Origin: Candidatus Limnocylindria bacterium
Lineage (GTDB): Bacteria > Chloroflexota > Limnocylindria > P2-11E
NCBI GenBank assembly: GCA_050692175.1
Contig: JBOGTG010000148.1
Location: 322-64,321 of the forward strand
Length of the DNA: 64,000 nucleotides
Direction of reading: 5' to 3'
Shown: positions 15,591 to 23,559 of the stretch, in pieces
How positions within the stretch are numbered: the first letter of the stretch is position 1
Layout: every line of letters starts with the position of its first letter
Program-made: the position numbers and the translations under genes
The notes under the pieces: model-generated
Told to the model about the DNA's origin: nothing
Database searches by the model: none
What the model saw: the letters and a program-made list of their open reading frames with translations, nothing else

Positions 15591-16477
15591 AACGACTCGA
15601 GTACGTCGCGACCACGGCCGCGCATGGCTTCTGGCGAAACCCCGTCATGAGCCTCGCTTCGACGTTCACGGTCGGACTGATGCTCCTGCTCTTCGCGTTC
15701 TTCCTCGCGACCGACCGGGGCCTTCAGGCAGCGGTCGACGTTCTGGAATCCAAGGTCGAGCTCGCACTGTTCATCGAGGACGACGCGCGGGTGTCGGATG
15801 TCCTCGGACTCCGCGCGCGGATCGAGGCCGACCCGGCGGTCTCGAGGGTGGACTTCGTCACCAAAGAGCAGGCGATGGCGCGCCTCGTCGACATCGCCTC
15901 CAAGCGTCCGGACATACAGATCGTCGACACCTCTTCGAACCCCCTCCAGAACTCTCTGGAGATCAAACTCGCTCACGCTCAGGACGCGCCCCGCGTGGCC
16001 GCCGCGCTGCGCGCGGAGATCGGAAACGGCATCGTCAGCGACGTCGTGGACAACCCGCAGGTCGTCGACAAGCTCCTGACGATCACGCGTGTCCTTTCGA
16101 TCGGAGGGCTCGCCGTTCTCGCCATGATGCTGATCGTCGCGCTGTTCGTGATCGTCAACACGATCCGGATCGCCGTGCACGCCCGCCGCGACGAGATCGA
16201 GATCATGAAACTGGTCGGCGCCACCGATTGGTTCGTGCGATGGCCCTTCATCCTCGAGGGGATGCTCGTGGGCGCGCTCGGCGCGGTAGCCGCCACAGCT
16301 GTCGTGCTCGTCGCGGCCGGACCGGTCATGAACGCAATGGTCAGCTTCACCGAGGTCCTCCCGCTTTCCTTCGGTACCACCTTCGTGTGGCAGTTGGTCG
16401 GCAGCGTCTTCGCCCTCGCCCTCGCCGTCGGGGGCGGTGGCGCGATGCTCTCCGTCCGCGCACACCTCGCCAAATGA
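15587..16477 (+). CDS. ftsX: cell-division permease FtsX
   Basis: TM1, a large extracytoplasmic loop, and three C-terminal TM helices. ATGA overlap with ftsE. Confidence 0.9.
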   Translation: MKRLEYVATTAAHGFWRNPVMSLASTFTVGLMLLLFAFFLATDRGLQAAVDVLESKVELALFIEDDARVSDVLGLRARIEADPAVSRVDFVTKEQAMARLVDIASKRPDIQIVDTSSNPLQNSLEIKLAHAQDAPRVAAALRAEIGNGIVSDVVDNPQVVDKLLTITRVLSIGGLAVLAMMLIVALFVIVNTIRIAVHARRDEIEIMKLVGATDWFVRWPFILEGMLVGALGAVAATAVVLVAAGPVMNAMVSFTEVLPLSFGTTFVWQLVGSVFALALAVGGGGAMLSVRAHLAK

Positions 16478-16575
16478 GACTTCAAAAAGCCTTGACCCCG
16501 ACCGCGCGCCGGTGCGACGATGCGCTACGCATGGGAACTCCCCGGCAACCCGTTCGGGGAGGTGGGGTATGGAGG

Positions 16576-17856
16576 ATGCGCGCCGCGCGCGCGACCACGG
16601 TCGCGCTGGTCGTCGGCGCGTTCCTGGGATGTCTCGGGCAGCCCGCATATGCGGACGACCCGGTCGCCTCAGCGCTCAAGCGCAAGGAAGAGCTCGAGCG
16701 ATCCGTCCAGATCTCCCGTGCGAACGCCGAGCGGTACCAGGCCGTCGCCAACCAGTTCCAGGCGGTCGTGAATCAGACCAATGCCAGGATCGCGGATCTC
16801 GCGACCAAGCAGGCCAACGCGCAGTCCGAGGCCGACCAGCTCTTCTACCAGATCCAGATCGCCGAGGAGCAGCTCGCCCTCGTCACGTTCCAGCTCGACG
16901 AGACGCGCGCGCTCACGGACTCACTGAAAGCCGAAGCCGCCCATGAACAGAAGCAGCTCGCGACGCGCGAGGATCTCTACGGGCGCCATCTCCGGACGAC
17001 CTACCGGCAGGCCCTCATCAGCCCGCTCGAGATGCTTCTCTCCTCCTCGTCCCTCACCGAGTTCGCGAACCGTCTGCAAGCCATGATCTTCATCAACCGC
17101 CAGGACGTGAAGCTCGCAAAGGAGATCCGCACCCTCCGGGCCGACACCCAATGGAAGCAGGACCAGGCCTCGGTCAAGGAACAGGAGATCCTGGGCCTCT
17201 CCGACCAGATCACCACACAGCGGACTCAACTCGCAACCTCAAAGGAGCGCTACGACAGGCTCGTCGCCGAGGCGCAGGCGGCGATCGACTCGGAGGCGGC
17301 GGCCCGAGCGGCGGCGGCGCGAAACAAACAGAACGCGCAAGGCCAGGTCAGTCAGACCAACCGCACGACCGCGGACCTCGAGCGGCAGCTCGACCAAGCG
17401 GAGGCGCAGTACGAGTACCTCGCGGCGCAGGCGGCGGGCAGCAGCGGGCTCGGCCTGTTCAACGGCGCGAAGCTCGCAATGTGGCCGCTCCGCGGACCGA
17501 TCACGTCAGGCTTCGGCCCGCGCTGGGGCGGCTTCCACAACGGCATCGACATCGCGCAACCGAAGTACACCCCGATCCGCGCGGCGTCGGCCGGCAAGGT
17601 GGTCACCGTCGGTCGCCCGTACCTCGCGTATGGCGATACCGCCGTCGTCGTGGTCATCGCTCACGGCTTCAACTTCTCGACGCTCTACGGGCACCTCGAC
17701 GATCTGCGCTGGCCGCCCGTCTCCGTCGGGCAGACCGTCTCCGCCGGCCAGATCATCGCGTACGTCGGGATGACGGGGTTCACGACCGGTCCGCACCTGC
17801 ACTTCATGACGATCGCGGACGGTCGCGCAGTCAGCCCGATGATCTACCTGCCGTAG
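16576..17856 (+). CDS. secreted coiled-coil M23 (LytM) peptidase, EnvC/PcsB/RipC-like FtsEX partner
   Basis: ATG 16576 follows GGGGAGGTGGGG. The protein has a signal peptide (MRAARATTVALVVGAFLGCLGQPAYA), about 270 aa of heptad-rich Q/A/E sequence, and an M23 domain with HNGID (HxxxD) and HLH (HxH) intact. The upstream part of the 764-aa track ORF overlaps ftsX and was rejected. Confidence 0.85.
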   Translation: MRAARATTVALVVGAFLGCLGQPAYADDPVASALKRKEELERSVQISRANAERYQAVANQFQAVVNQTNARIADLATKQANAQSEADQLFYQIQIAEEQLALVTFQLDETRALTDSLKAEAAHEQKQLATREDLYGRHLRTTYRQALISPLEMLLSSSSLTEFANRLQAMIFINRQDVKLAKEIRTLRADTQWKQDQASVKEQEILGLSDQITTQRTQLATSKERYDRLVAEAQAAIDSEAAARAAAARNKQNAQGQVSQTNRTTADLERQLDQAEAQYEYLAAQAAGSSGLGLFNGAKLAMWPLRGPITSGFGPRWGGFHNGIDIAQPKYTPIRAASAGKVVTVGRPYLAYGDTAVVVVIAHGFNFSTLYGHLDDLRWPPVSVGQTVSAGQIIAYVGMTGFTTGPHLHFMTIADGRAVSPMIYLP

Positions 17857-17939
17857 CGGCCAGCCGCTACTGCCTTCTTCGCTTCCGCATTCCGCGACGA
17901 CAACCACGCCCACGCTTCCTTAGTGAATCGGCCGCGACA

Positions 17940-17967
17940 TTGACGCGAATCCGCGGCCATGTAGCAT
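17940..17967 (+). promoter_or_regulatory. sigma70-like promoter candidate (TTGACG-16 nt-TAGCAT)
   Basis: -35 TTGACG at 17940..17945 and -10 TAGCAT at 17962..17967, in a locally AT-rich patch. Confidence 0.35.
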
Positions 17968-17969
17968 CA

Positions 17970-18149
17970 TTTTCGAAAGAAAGGAGGTGATGTGGAGTGG
18001 GCGATGCCAGTGGGAATCCAAAGACCCATGTGAGCTCACTTCAGCCTTTCGTAATGAAACCAACTGAGGTGATCGCGCACTAACGCGTTGGGTCTTTGGT
18101 GACCCGGCAGAGTGAGAGCGGCGGCAGAGATGCCGCCGCTCTTCGTTTT
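17970..18149 (+). other. small structured transcript bearing overlapping sORFs (function unknown)
   Basis: AGAAAGGAGGTGAT (17977..17990) is a 14-nt complement of the conserved 16S 3' tail. Candidate sORFs: ATG 17990..18067 (25 aa, MWSGRCQWESKDPCELTSAFRNETN), GTG 17997..18083 (28 aa) and GTG 17992..18033 (13 aa). Nested stems are 18018..18028/18089..18099 (11 bp) and 18036..18044/18064..18072 (9 bp). The unit ends in a strong terminator. Confidence 0.4.
18115..18149 (+). terminator. intrinsic terminator
   Basis: A perfect 12-bp stem, AGAGCGGCGGCA / TGCCGCCGCTCT, with a GAGA loop, followed by TCGTTTT. Confidence 0.75.
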
Positions 18150-18169
18150 CACCGCCTAATCTCCTCGCC

Positions 18170-18667
18170 ATGCCATCCCGAAAGACCGACGCGCCGCCTG
18201 AGCCGGAGCGCCAGGTCCAGCTTGCCGAGAACCGGAAAGCCCGCTTCGACTATCAGATCGAAGCGCGGCTCGAGGCTGGCATCTCACTACGGGGTACCGA
18301 GATCAAATCGCTCCGCGCGGGTCACGCCAACCTGCGCGACGGGTACGCGCGCGTCGAAAACGGCGAAGTGTGGCTGCGAAACGTGCACATCGCGCCGTGG
18401 GCTAACTCAGCGCACGCCAATCACGATCCCCTGCGCCCGCGCAAGCTCCTCCTGCACAGAGGCGAAATTGGACAGCTCGTCGGGACGATCGCTCAGAAGG
18501 GCTACACGCTCGTCCCGCTGCGGATGTACATCAAACACGGGCGAGCCAAGGTCGAGCTGGGCATCGCGCGCGGCCGCAAGCGCTACGACAAGCGGCAGGT
18601 GATCAAGGAGCGCGAGGCCACCCGCGAGATGGACGCCGCCATCCGGAGGCGCGTAGGTCGGGGCTAA
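18170..18667 (+). CDS. smpB: SsrA-binding protein SmpB
   Basis: NRKARFDYQIE..GISLRGTEIKSLR..NVHIAPW..HDPLRPRKLLLHR is the canonical SmpB sequence pattern. Confidence 0.93.
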   Translation: MPSRKTDAPPEPERQVQLAENRKARFDYQIEARLEAGISLRGTEIKSLRAGHANLRDGYARVENGEVWLRNVHIAPWANSAHANHDPLRPRKLLLHRGEIGQLVGTIAQKGYTLVPLRMYIKHGRAKVELGIARGRKRYDKRQVIKEREATREMDAAIRRRVGRG

Positions 18668-18671
18668 CGCG

Positions 18672-20225
18672 CTATTCGCCGAATGCCGGTGCCGCCTCGG
18701 CTTCCGGCTGGCGGGCCCGCTCGGTGCGGCCCCGCAGCGGGACCTCCTGCAGGAAGAGCGACGCGATCACCGCGACGCCGGCAACGGCGGCGGCGATCAG
18801 GAACACGTCATGGAGTGACCCGGCGAGCGCGCCGCGGATGGCGACGAGCAGCTGCGGCGGGATCTGCTGCACCGCGGCCGGGTCGAAGATCGCTTCCGCG
18901 TTGCCTCCCGACGGAATGGCGCCTGCGAGCCGTGACGGGACCGCGGCTGCGATCTTCACCGAGAGCTCCTGCGCCAGGACTGCGCCGAGTATCGCGACAC
19001 CGACGGTGCTGCCGATGTTCCGCCAGAACTGGATCTGGCTCGAGACGACGCCGAGGTATCTCACGTCGACGGCGCTCTGGGTCGCGTTCAGGTACAGCGG
19101 CATGCCGACGCCCACACCGAGCCCGACCAGGACGAGGGCCCGGACGACGTCGATCTCGGGCGTGCCAACGTTGACCTGCGCGAGAAGCAGGAGGCCGATC
19201 ACGAGGATCACGGCACCGACCGTCCCGAGGTACCGATAGCGCTTCATCCGTACCATGAGCTGCCCGGTGACGATGCTCGAGGCGATGAGGCCGACCATGA
19301 GGGGCGTGATGAGGAGACCCGCGTTGGTCGCGGCGAGGCCAAGCACGCCCTGGTAGACGAGGCTCACGAAGATGATCGCGCCGAACATCGCGAAGCCAAG
19401 AAGGAATCCGACGACTGTCGACACGGCGAACGTCGGGTTCTTCCAGAGCTCGAACGGGACGACCGGGTGCGGCGTGCGCCTCTCGATCACGAAGAAGATC
19501 ACCGCCATCACGACGGACGCGATCAGCAGGCCCATGACCTCGGGAGAGGCGAAGTCGTGGTCGCGTGTGATGGAGAGGGCGACGAGGAGCGGAACGATCG
19601 TCGCCGTCAGCGCGAACGCGCCGGCGAAGTCGATGTCGCGCCACGACGCCGAGTGCTTGACCGAGGGCAGCGTCACGAACACGACCGCGATCGCCAGCAA
19701 ACCGACCGGTACGTTCACGTAGAAGACCCACCGCCAGCTGAGGCTGTCAGTGAGGTACCCGCCGACGACCGGACCCACCACCGAGGCGATGCCGAAGATC
19801 CCGGCAAAGACACCCTGGAGCTTCGCGCGCTGCGCCGGCGAGTAGAGGTCGCCGATCGTGGCGAAGACACTCGCGAAGAGGACGCCGCCGAAGACGCCCT
19901 GAAGCGCGCGGAAAGCGACGAGCTCGGCAATGTTCTGCGCCTGCCCACAGAGAGCCGACGCGAGGACGAAGCCGATCATCCCCGCGAGGAGGAATGGCTT
20001 TCGTCCGAACAGGTCGCCGAGCTTCCCGGCGATCGGGGTGAGCGTGGTCGACGTTACGAGGTACGCGGTCGCGACCCAGGCGAAGTAGTCGAGGCCGTTC
20101 AGGTCCGCGACGATCTGGGGTAGCGCCGTCCCGACGATCGTCTGGTCGAGGGCGGCAAGGAAGAGCGCGAGAGCGACGCCCACGGTCGCGAGGATCCGCG
20201 CGTTGCGAGTCATCTCACCTGGCAT
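18672..20225 (-). CDS. MFS drug:H+ antiporter, DHA2 (EmrB/QacA-like, 14 TM)
   Basis: 517 aa with an MFS motif (GKLGDLFGRKP) and about 14 hydrophobic segments. It is paired with an upstream MarR gene. Confidence 0.85.
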   Translation of the reverse strand: MPGEMTRNARILATVGVALALFLAALDQTIVGTALPQIVADLNGLDYFAWVATAYLVTSTTLTPIAGKLGDLFGRKPFLLAGMIGFVLASALCGQAQNIAELVAFRALQGVFGGVLFASVFATIGDLYSPAQRAKLQGVFAGIFGIASVVGPVVGGYLTDSLSWRWVFYVNVPVGLLAIAVVFVTLPSVKHSASWRDIDFAGAFALTATIVPLLVALSITRDHDFASPEVMGLLIASVVMAVIFFVIERRTPHPVVPFELWKNPTFAVSTVVGFLLGFAMFGAIIFVSLVYQGVLGLAATNAGLLITPLMVGLIASSIVTGQLMVRMKRYRYLGTVGAVILVIGLLLLAQVNVGTPEIDVVRALVLVGLGVGVGMPLYLNATQSAVDVRYLGVVSSQIQFWRNIGSTVGVAILGAVLAQELSVKIAAAVPSRLAGAIPSGGNAEAIFDPAAVQQIPPQLLVAIRGALAGSLHDVFLIAAAVAGVAVIASLFLQEVPLRGRTERARQPEAEAAPAFGE

Positions 20226-20700
20226 TCGCGGTCTCCTTCGCGACGGCGAAGGCCTCCTGCAGATCGTCGAGCGCGCCCGCGAGGCGCGCTCGCTTTTCGG
20301 CTGACAGCCCGGCGATGACCCTCGCGACGGGTGCTTTCATGAGCTCGCCGACGCGCTCGATCTCGCGCCGGCCGCGGGCCGTGATCTCGACGACGACGAC
20401 GCGCCGGTCGGTCGAATCTTCGGATCGCCGGACCAGGCCGTCGCGCCCGAGCAGATCGACGAGCTCGGAAACGGAGGCCGGCGTCAGCCCACATCGCTGC
20501 GCCAGCTCGCCACTGCGCCGTGGCGACTCGGTCAGCTGCCAGAGGATGCGAGCCCGCTCGAGGCTGATCGCACCGTGCTCGTGCGCGACCTGCGCCGCGA
20601 GCTTCCCGATCCGAGGGACCAGCGAAAGGAGCAGCCCGGCAAGGCGTACGTCCTCGGTCGCCGTTGTGCGCGGCGAGCGCCGCTCGGTCGAGATGGCCAT
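20215..20700 (-). CDS. MarR-family transcriptional regulator
   Basis: A winged-HTH MarR pattern (RILWQLTESPRRSGELAQRCGLTPASVSELVDLLGRDGLVRR..DRRVVVVEIT). It overlaps the MFS start by 11 nt. Confidence 0.85.
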   Translation of the reverse strand: MAISTERRSPRTTATEDVRLAGLLLSLVPRIGKLAAQVAHEHGAISLERARILWQLTESPRRSGELAQRCGLTPASVSELVDLLGRDGLVRRSEDSTDRRVVVVEITARGRREIERVGELMKAPVARVIAGLSAEKRARLAGALDDLQEAFAVAKETANAR

Positions 20701-20718
20701 GGGGTGGAGGAGCCTCCG

Positions 20719-20741
20719 ATTAGTTAGGGAGGTTAACTATA
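20719..20741. promoter_or_regulatory. AT-rich inverted repeat, candidate MarR operator
   Basis: TAGTTA (20721..20726) and TAACTA (20734..20739) form an inverted repeat separated by 7 nt. It lies about 20 nt upstream of the marR start, in an otherwise GC-rich context. Confidence 0.3.
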
Positions 20742-20799
20742 TGGAGACCGAACCAATCCGGGCAATGTTCGCTTCGCGACATTCGCCGAACGCCGAGGT

Positions 20800-21159
20800 C
20801 TAGCCGGCTCCCGATTCCACGAACGGCTGCTCGATATCGGCCGCGAAGAACTTGCGCCCACCGCACGTTGGACAGCGCTCGGGCTGGGCCTCGCCGTGCG
20901 AGATCGTCCCGCAGGCTTCACACCGGAAGTGCCTCTGGCCGCCCTTCGCGCGGACGACGGCCGGCGCTTCGGCAAGAAGCTGTCGGATCTCGCCCAGCTC
21001 GCTCGCGATGCGAAGAGGGTCGATCCCCGAACCGGTCTGGTCCGCCTCGACGAGGCGATTCATGAGCGCGTCCAGCCGCGTGAGCGCTTCTTTCACGGAC
21101 AGCCTCCCCGAGGAGAGGATAGCCGCGACGCGCCGAGCAGGGAGTCCCGCCTCCTCCAC
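20800..21159 (-). CDS. hypothetical protein with C-terminal CxxC...CxxC zinc ribbon
   Basis: The C-terminus reads HFRCEACGTISHGEAQPERCPTCGGRKFF. The start is uncertain: GTG 21159 is proposed and ATG (MNRLVEAD) is an alternative. The upstream part of the 223-aa track ORF is antisense to the VOC gene. Confidence 0.45.
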   Translation of the reverse strand: MEEAGLPARRVAAILSSGRLSVKEALTRLDALMNRLVEADQTGSGIDPLRIASELGEIRQLLAEAPAVVRAKGGQRHFRCEACGTISHGEAQPERCPTCGGRKFFAADIEQPFVESGAG

Positions 21160-21225
21160 CCGCACAAGGGCGCCAGCCCACCCGTTCCAACGGGCCCGTT
21201 CGGCCACCACTATCGTGCGGTGCCG

Positions 21226-21612
21226 ATGCGACTCGACCACGTTGTCATCGCTGTGACCGATTTCTCCAGGTCCAACGCCTTTTATCGCGATGTCTTGGGT
21301 GCCGCGATCCTCCACATCGATGGGCGAGTGGCCTATCGCATCGGCGACCAGCAATTGAACGTCCACGGGCCGGGCGTGCGACCAGCGATGGTCGCGCGCG
21401 TTCCGGTCGTTGCCGGCAACAGCGATCTCTGTTTCGTGTGGGACGGACCGATCGAGAAGGCACTCGAGCATCTGCGGGCGCGCGGGGTGACAGTCGCGGC
21501 CGGCCCGTTGACGCGTGGCGGCGCCAAGGGCCGCGGCACGAGCGTGTACTTCCGAGATCCGGACGGCACGCTGCTCGAGCTCATCTCATACGCGAGCCAG
21601 CCCTCTCAATAG
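21226..21612 (+). CDS. VOC-family (glyoxalase/bleomycin-resistance/dioxygenase fold) protein
   Basis: MRLDHVVIAVTDFSRSNAFYRDVLG ... SVYFRDPDGTLLELISY, typical of a VOC beta-alpha-beta-beta-beta module. Starts at ATG 21226. Confidence 0.8.
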   Translation: MRLDHVVIAVTDFSRSNAFYRDVLGAAILHIDGRVAYRIGDQQLNVHGPGVRPAMVARVPVVAGNSDLCFVWDGPIEKALEHLRARGVTVAAGPLTRGGAKGRGTSVYFRDPDGTLLELISYASQPSQ

Positions 21613-22306
21613 TCCGCGCGCCGGGGCCGATCAGGCTGGCGAAAGCGGCGGTCGCGCGGAACAGACTCGTGAGGTCTTCAGGATCGACGCTCGGTGCGCG
21701 GCAGAGAAGCATGTCTCGCTGCACCTCCCAGGTGAGTGGGAGGTCCTGCGCCTCGTCAACCAGCCACGCCATCAGAGGGACATCGAGGATCGCGGTCGCG
21801 AAGCTGCGCTCAGGTGAGATCACGCGGTAACGGTCGTTGAAGTCTGCCCACTCGAGGCGTACCGGCTCGCCGTCGGCGCGGACGGTGCGTGACGCGGTCG
21901 CCGGCTCGATCACCACATGCGGCCTGTGCCCGGCAACGGTGGTGAGAACGCAGGAGTAGCGCTGCGGCTCGGAAAGGACGTCGTTCTCCGGCTCGCCATC
22001 CGAGTCGACGCGGTCCCGCTACAAGAAATCGAACCCGACGACATCGAAACCCTCGATCGACCCGGTCACGAAGTTCTCGCAGGTATGGTCGACGCCGCGT
22101 GAGAAGAGCTCGAATGGGTAGCGGAGCGCCGACGAACGTGGATACGCCGGGTCGGTCGGCGAAAACGCGAGACCGAGATCGCCTGCGACGCGTTCTACCT
22201 GTTCCGAGCGCGAGAGCTCGCGGCGGAGAAGATCGAGGTGGATCGGTGCGACGACCGCGGCGATGGCCCCGCCCAGGACACCGAAGATGAAGAGGAGCAC
22301 CGGCAC
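21581..22306 (-). pseudogene. DUF3137-like membrane protein interrupted by a single in-frame TAG
   Basis: Track ORFs 22019..22306 and 21581..21916 are in the same frame. The 102 nt between them are open. The only interruption is TAG at 22021..22019 (...GFDVVGFDFL*RDRVDSDGEPEND...). Confidence 0.55.
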
Positions 22307-22426
22307 GGACCCAGATCACGTCGCAGGCAGCCGCCGATGCGGCTACAAAACTGTAAGAGGTTCTTCCAGACCTTCGTCGGCCGGCCTGAGTGACTGTGGC
22401 TCCCTCCTGCCGGCCGCCTCGCTCTG

Positions 22427-22779
22427 TGGAGATGGGGGAGGGTCGAACTCCCCGTCCAAGGCCTGCGCGCGGATTGCGTCTACGAGCGTAGTCGGCGATT
22501 TTTGGTCTCGCGGAACGAGGCGCGCACCGACGCGCTTCTCGTTCTCGCCAGGTCGGTTTACTTGAGCCCGCCTACCGACCGATCGGCGGGCCGCAGCTCC
22601 GCTTATATCGCCCTTCCCGGCCCGCGGAGCGGAGACCGGGAGGACGTCTCACTGACTAGGCAGCGAGAGCGTAAGAAGTGTTGGCAGTTGTCTGCCTGCC
22701 GTTCGGATTAACGAGGGGGAACGGCGTTCCTCGGCTCGCGGCGGTCCGTCTGCCTGCCCTGTCGAAACCACGCATCCCC
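22427..22779 (-). ncRNA. ssrA: tmRNA (SsrA)
   Basis: The minus-strand 5' end is GGGGATGCGTGGTTTCGACAGGG. The tag reading frame GCC AAC ACT TCT TAC GCT CTC GCT GCC TAG encodes ANTSYALAA* (22685..22656). The 3' tRNA-like end is GGACGGGGAGTTCGACCCTCCCCCATCTCCA. The acceptor pairs GGGGATG/CATCTCC with G3:U. CCA is not encoded. Confidence 0.9.
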
Positions 22780-22809
22780 GTGGCCCCTCTGGGCAAGACA
22801 ATTGTACCT

Positions 22810-23559
22810 GTGCGGATACGTGAAGTCGCGATTCTCAGCGTGATCTGCGCCGCGATGGTCAGCGCATGCTCCGCAGCGCCCGCGGCGCGCCAGTCGCCGA
22901 CGTCACGACCGACGTCCTCGCCGAGCCGCCCGCCGGTCAGCCTCACGGCGAGCCCGGGGATCCGATATGTCGCGATCGGCGCTTCGGACAGCGTCGGCGT
23001 CGGCGCGAGCGACCCGGCGAAGGGCTCGTGGCCCGCGATCGTGGCGTCGCTCCTTCCGGCGGGATCGCCGCCGTACACGAACCTCGGCGTCTCGGGCTCG
23101 CTCGCTCTGCAAGCGGTGACGCAGCAGCTGCCCGGTGCGATCGCGCAGCAGCCGACCGTCGTCTCGGTGTGGCTCGCGGTGAACGACCTGAATGCGACGA
23201 TCGAGCCGGGCTCGTTCGCCGACGCGCTCGGGCAGATTGTCGACAGCCTCGTGCAGAGGACAGGCGCGACGATCTTCGTCGGCAACGTCCCCGACCTCCG
23301 CGCGGTGCCCGCCTACGCGGGCGTCGACAGGGCACGCCTCCTCGCCGGGGTCCAGGCCTACAACGAGGTCATTGCGGCGATCGCGGCTCGTAATCCGGGG
23401 CGCGTGACCGTAGTCGATCTCTTTACGGGTAGCGCCAGCCTCGTCGCGACGGGCACAGTGTCACAGGACGGGTTCCACCCTTCTGACGAGGGCTACCGGC
23501 TGATCGCCGACCGCTTCGCGAGCGCTATGCGCGCCAAGGGAATTCCGCTCCGGGCCTAG
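22810..23559 (+). CDS. SGNH/GDSL-family hydrolase lipoprotein
   Basis: GTG 22810 gives VRIREVAILSVICAAMVSAC, a lipobox-like VSAC. Block I is AIGASDSVG, block III GVSG, and block V DGFHPS. The upstream part of the track ORF overlaps tmRNA and was rejected. Confidence 0.8.
   Translation: MRIREVAILSVICAAMVSACSAAPAARQSPTSRPTSSPSRPPVSLTASPGIRYVAIGASDSVGVGASDPAKGSWPAIVASLLPAGSPPYTNLGVSGSLALQAVTQQLPGAIAQQPTVVSVWLAVNDLNATIEPGSFADALGQIVDSLVQRTGATIFVGNVPDLRAVPAYAGVDRARLLAGVQAYNEVIAAIAARNPGRVTVVDLFTGSASLVATGTVSQDGFHPSDEGYRLIADRFASAMRAKGIPLRA

Noticed and set aside
15562-16575. N-terminal 338 codons of the 764-aa ORF, which would make a giant M23 protein
   Set aside because: This part lies in an alternative frame across ftsX. 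It is Arg/Pro/Gly-rich, typical of off-frame translation in GC-rich DNA. A signal peptide and SD define a clean start at 16576.
17990-18067. The 25-aa sORF as a PqqA-like or other RiPP precursor
   Set aside because: The conserved Glu-x3-Tyr of PqqA is absent. No radical-SAM or other maturase genes are nearby. The ATG sits only 2 nt after the GGAGG core, so even its translation is uncertain.
20896-21225. N-terminal 110 codons of the 238-aa plus-strand ORF preceding the VOC domain
   Set aside because: It overlaps the minus-strand zinc-ribbon gene and has no VOC-family counterpart. ATG 21226 gives a standard 128-aa single-module VOC protein.
22019-22021. TAG as pyrrolysine or another programmed recoding event
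   Set aside because: No pyl genes or recoding signals are visible. Other genes in the window (gyrB, pknB-like, zwf, ino1, yidD and the tmRNA tag) use TAG as a normal stop. A nonsense mutation or a sequencing error is more economical.
21581-22426. Genomic island integrated at the tmRNA 3' end
   Set aside because: No direct repeat of the ssrA 3' end was found downstream. There is no integrase or other mobility gene, and no obvious compositional break.
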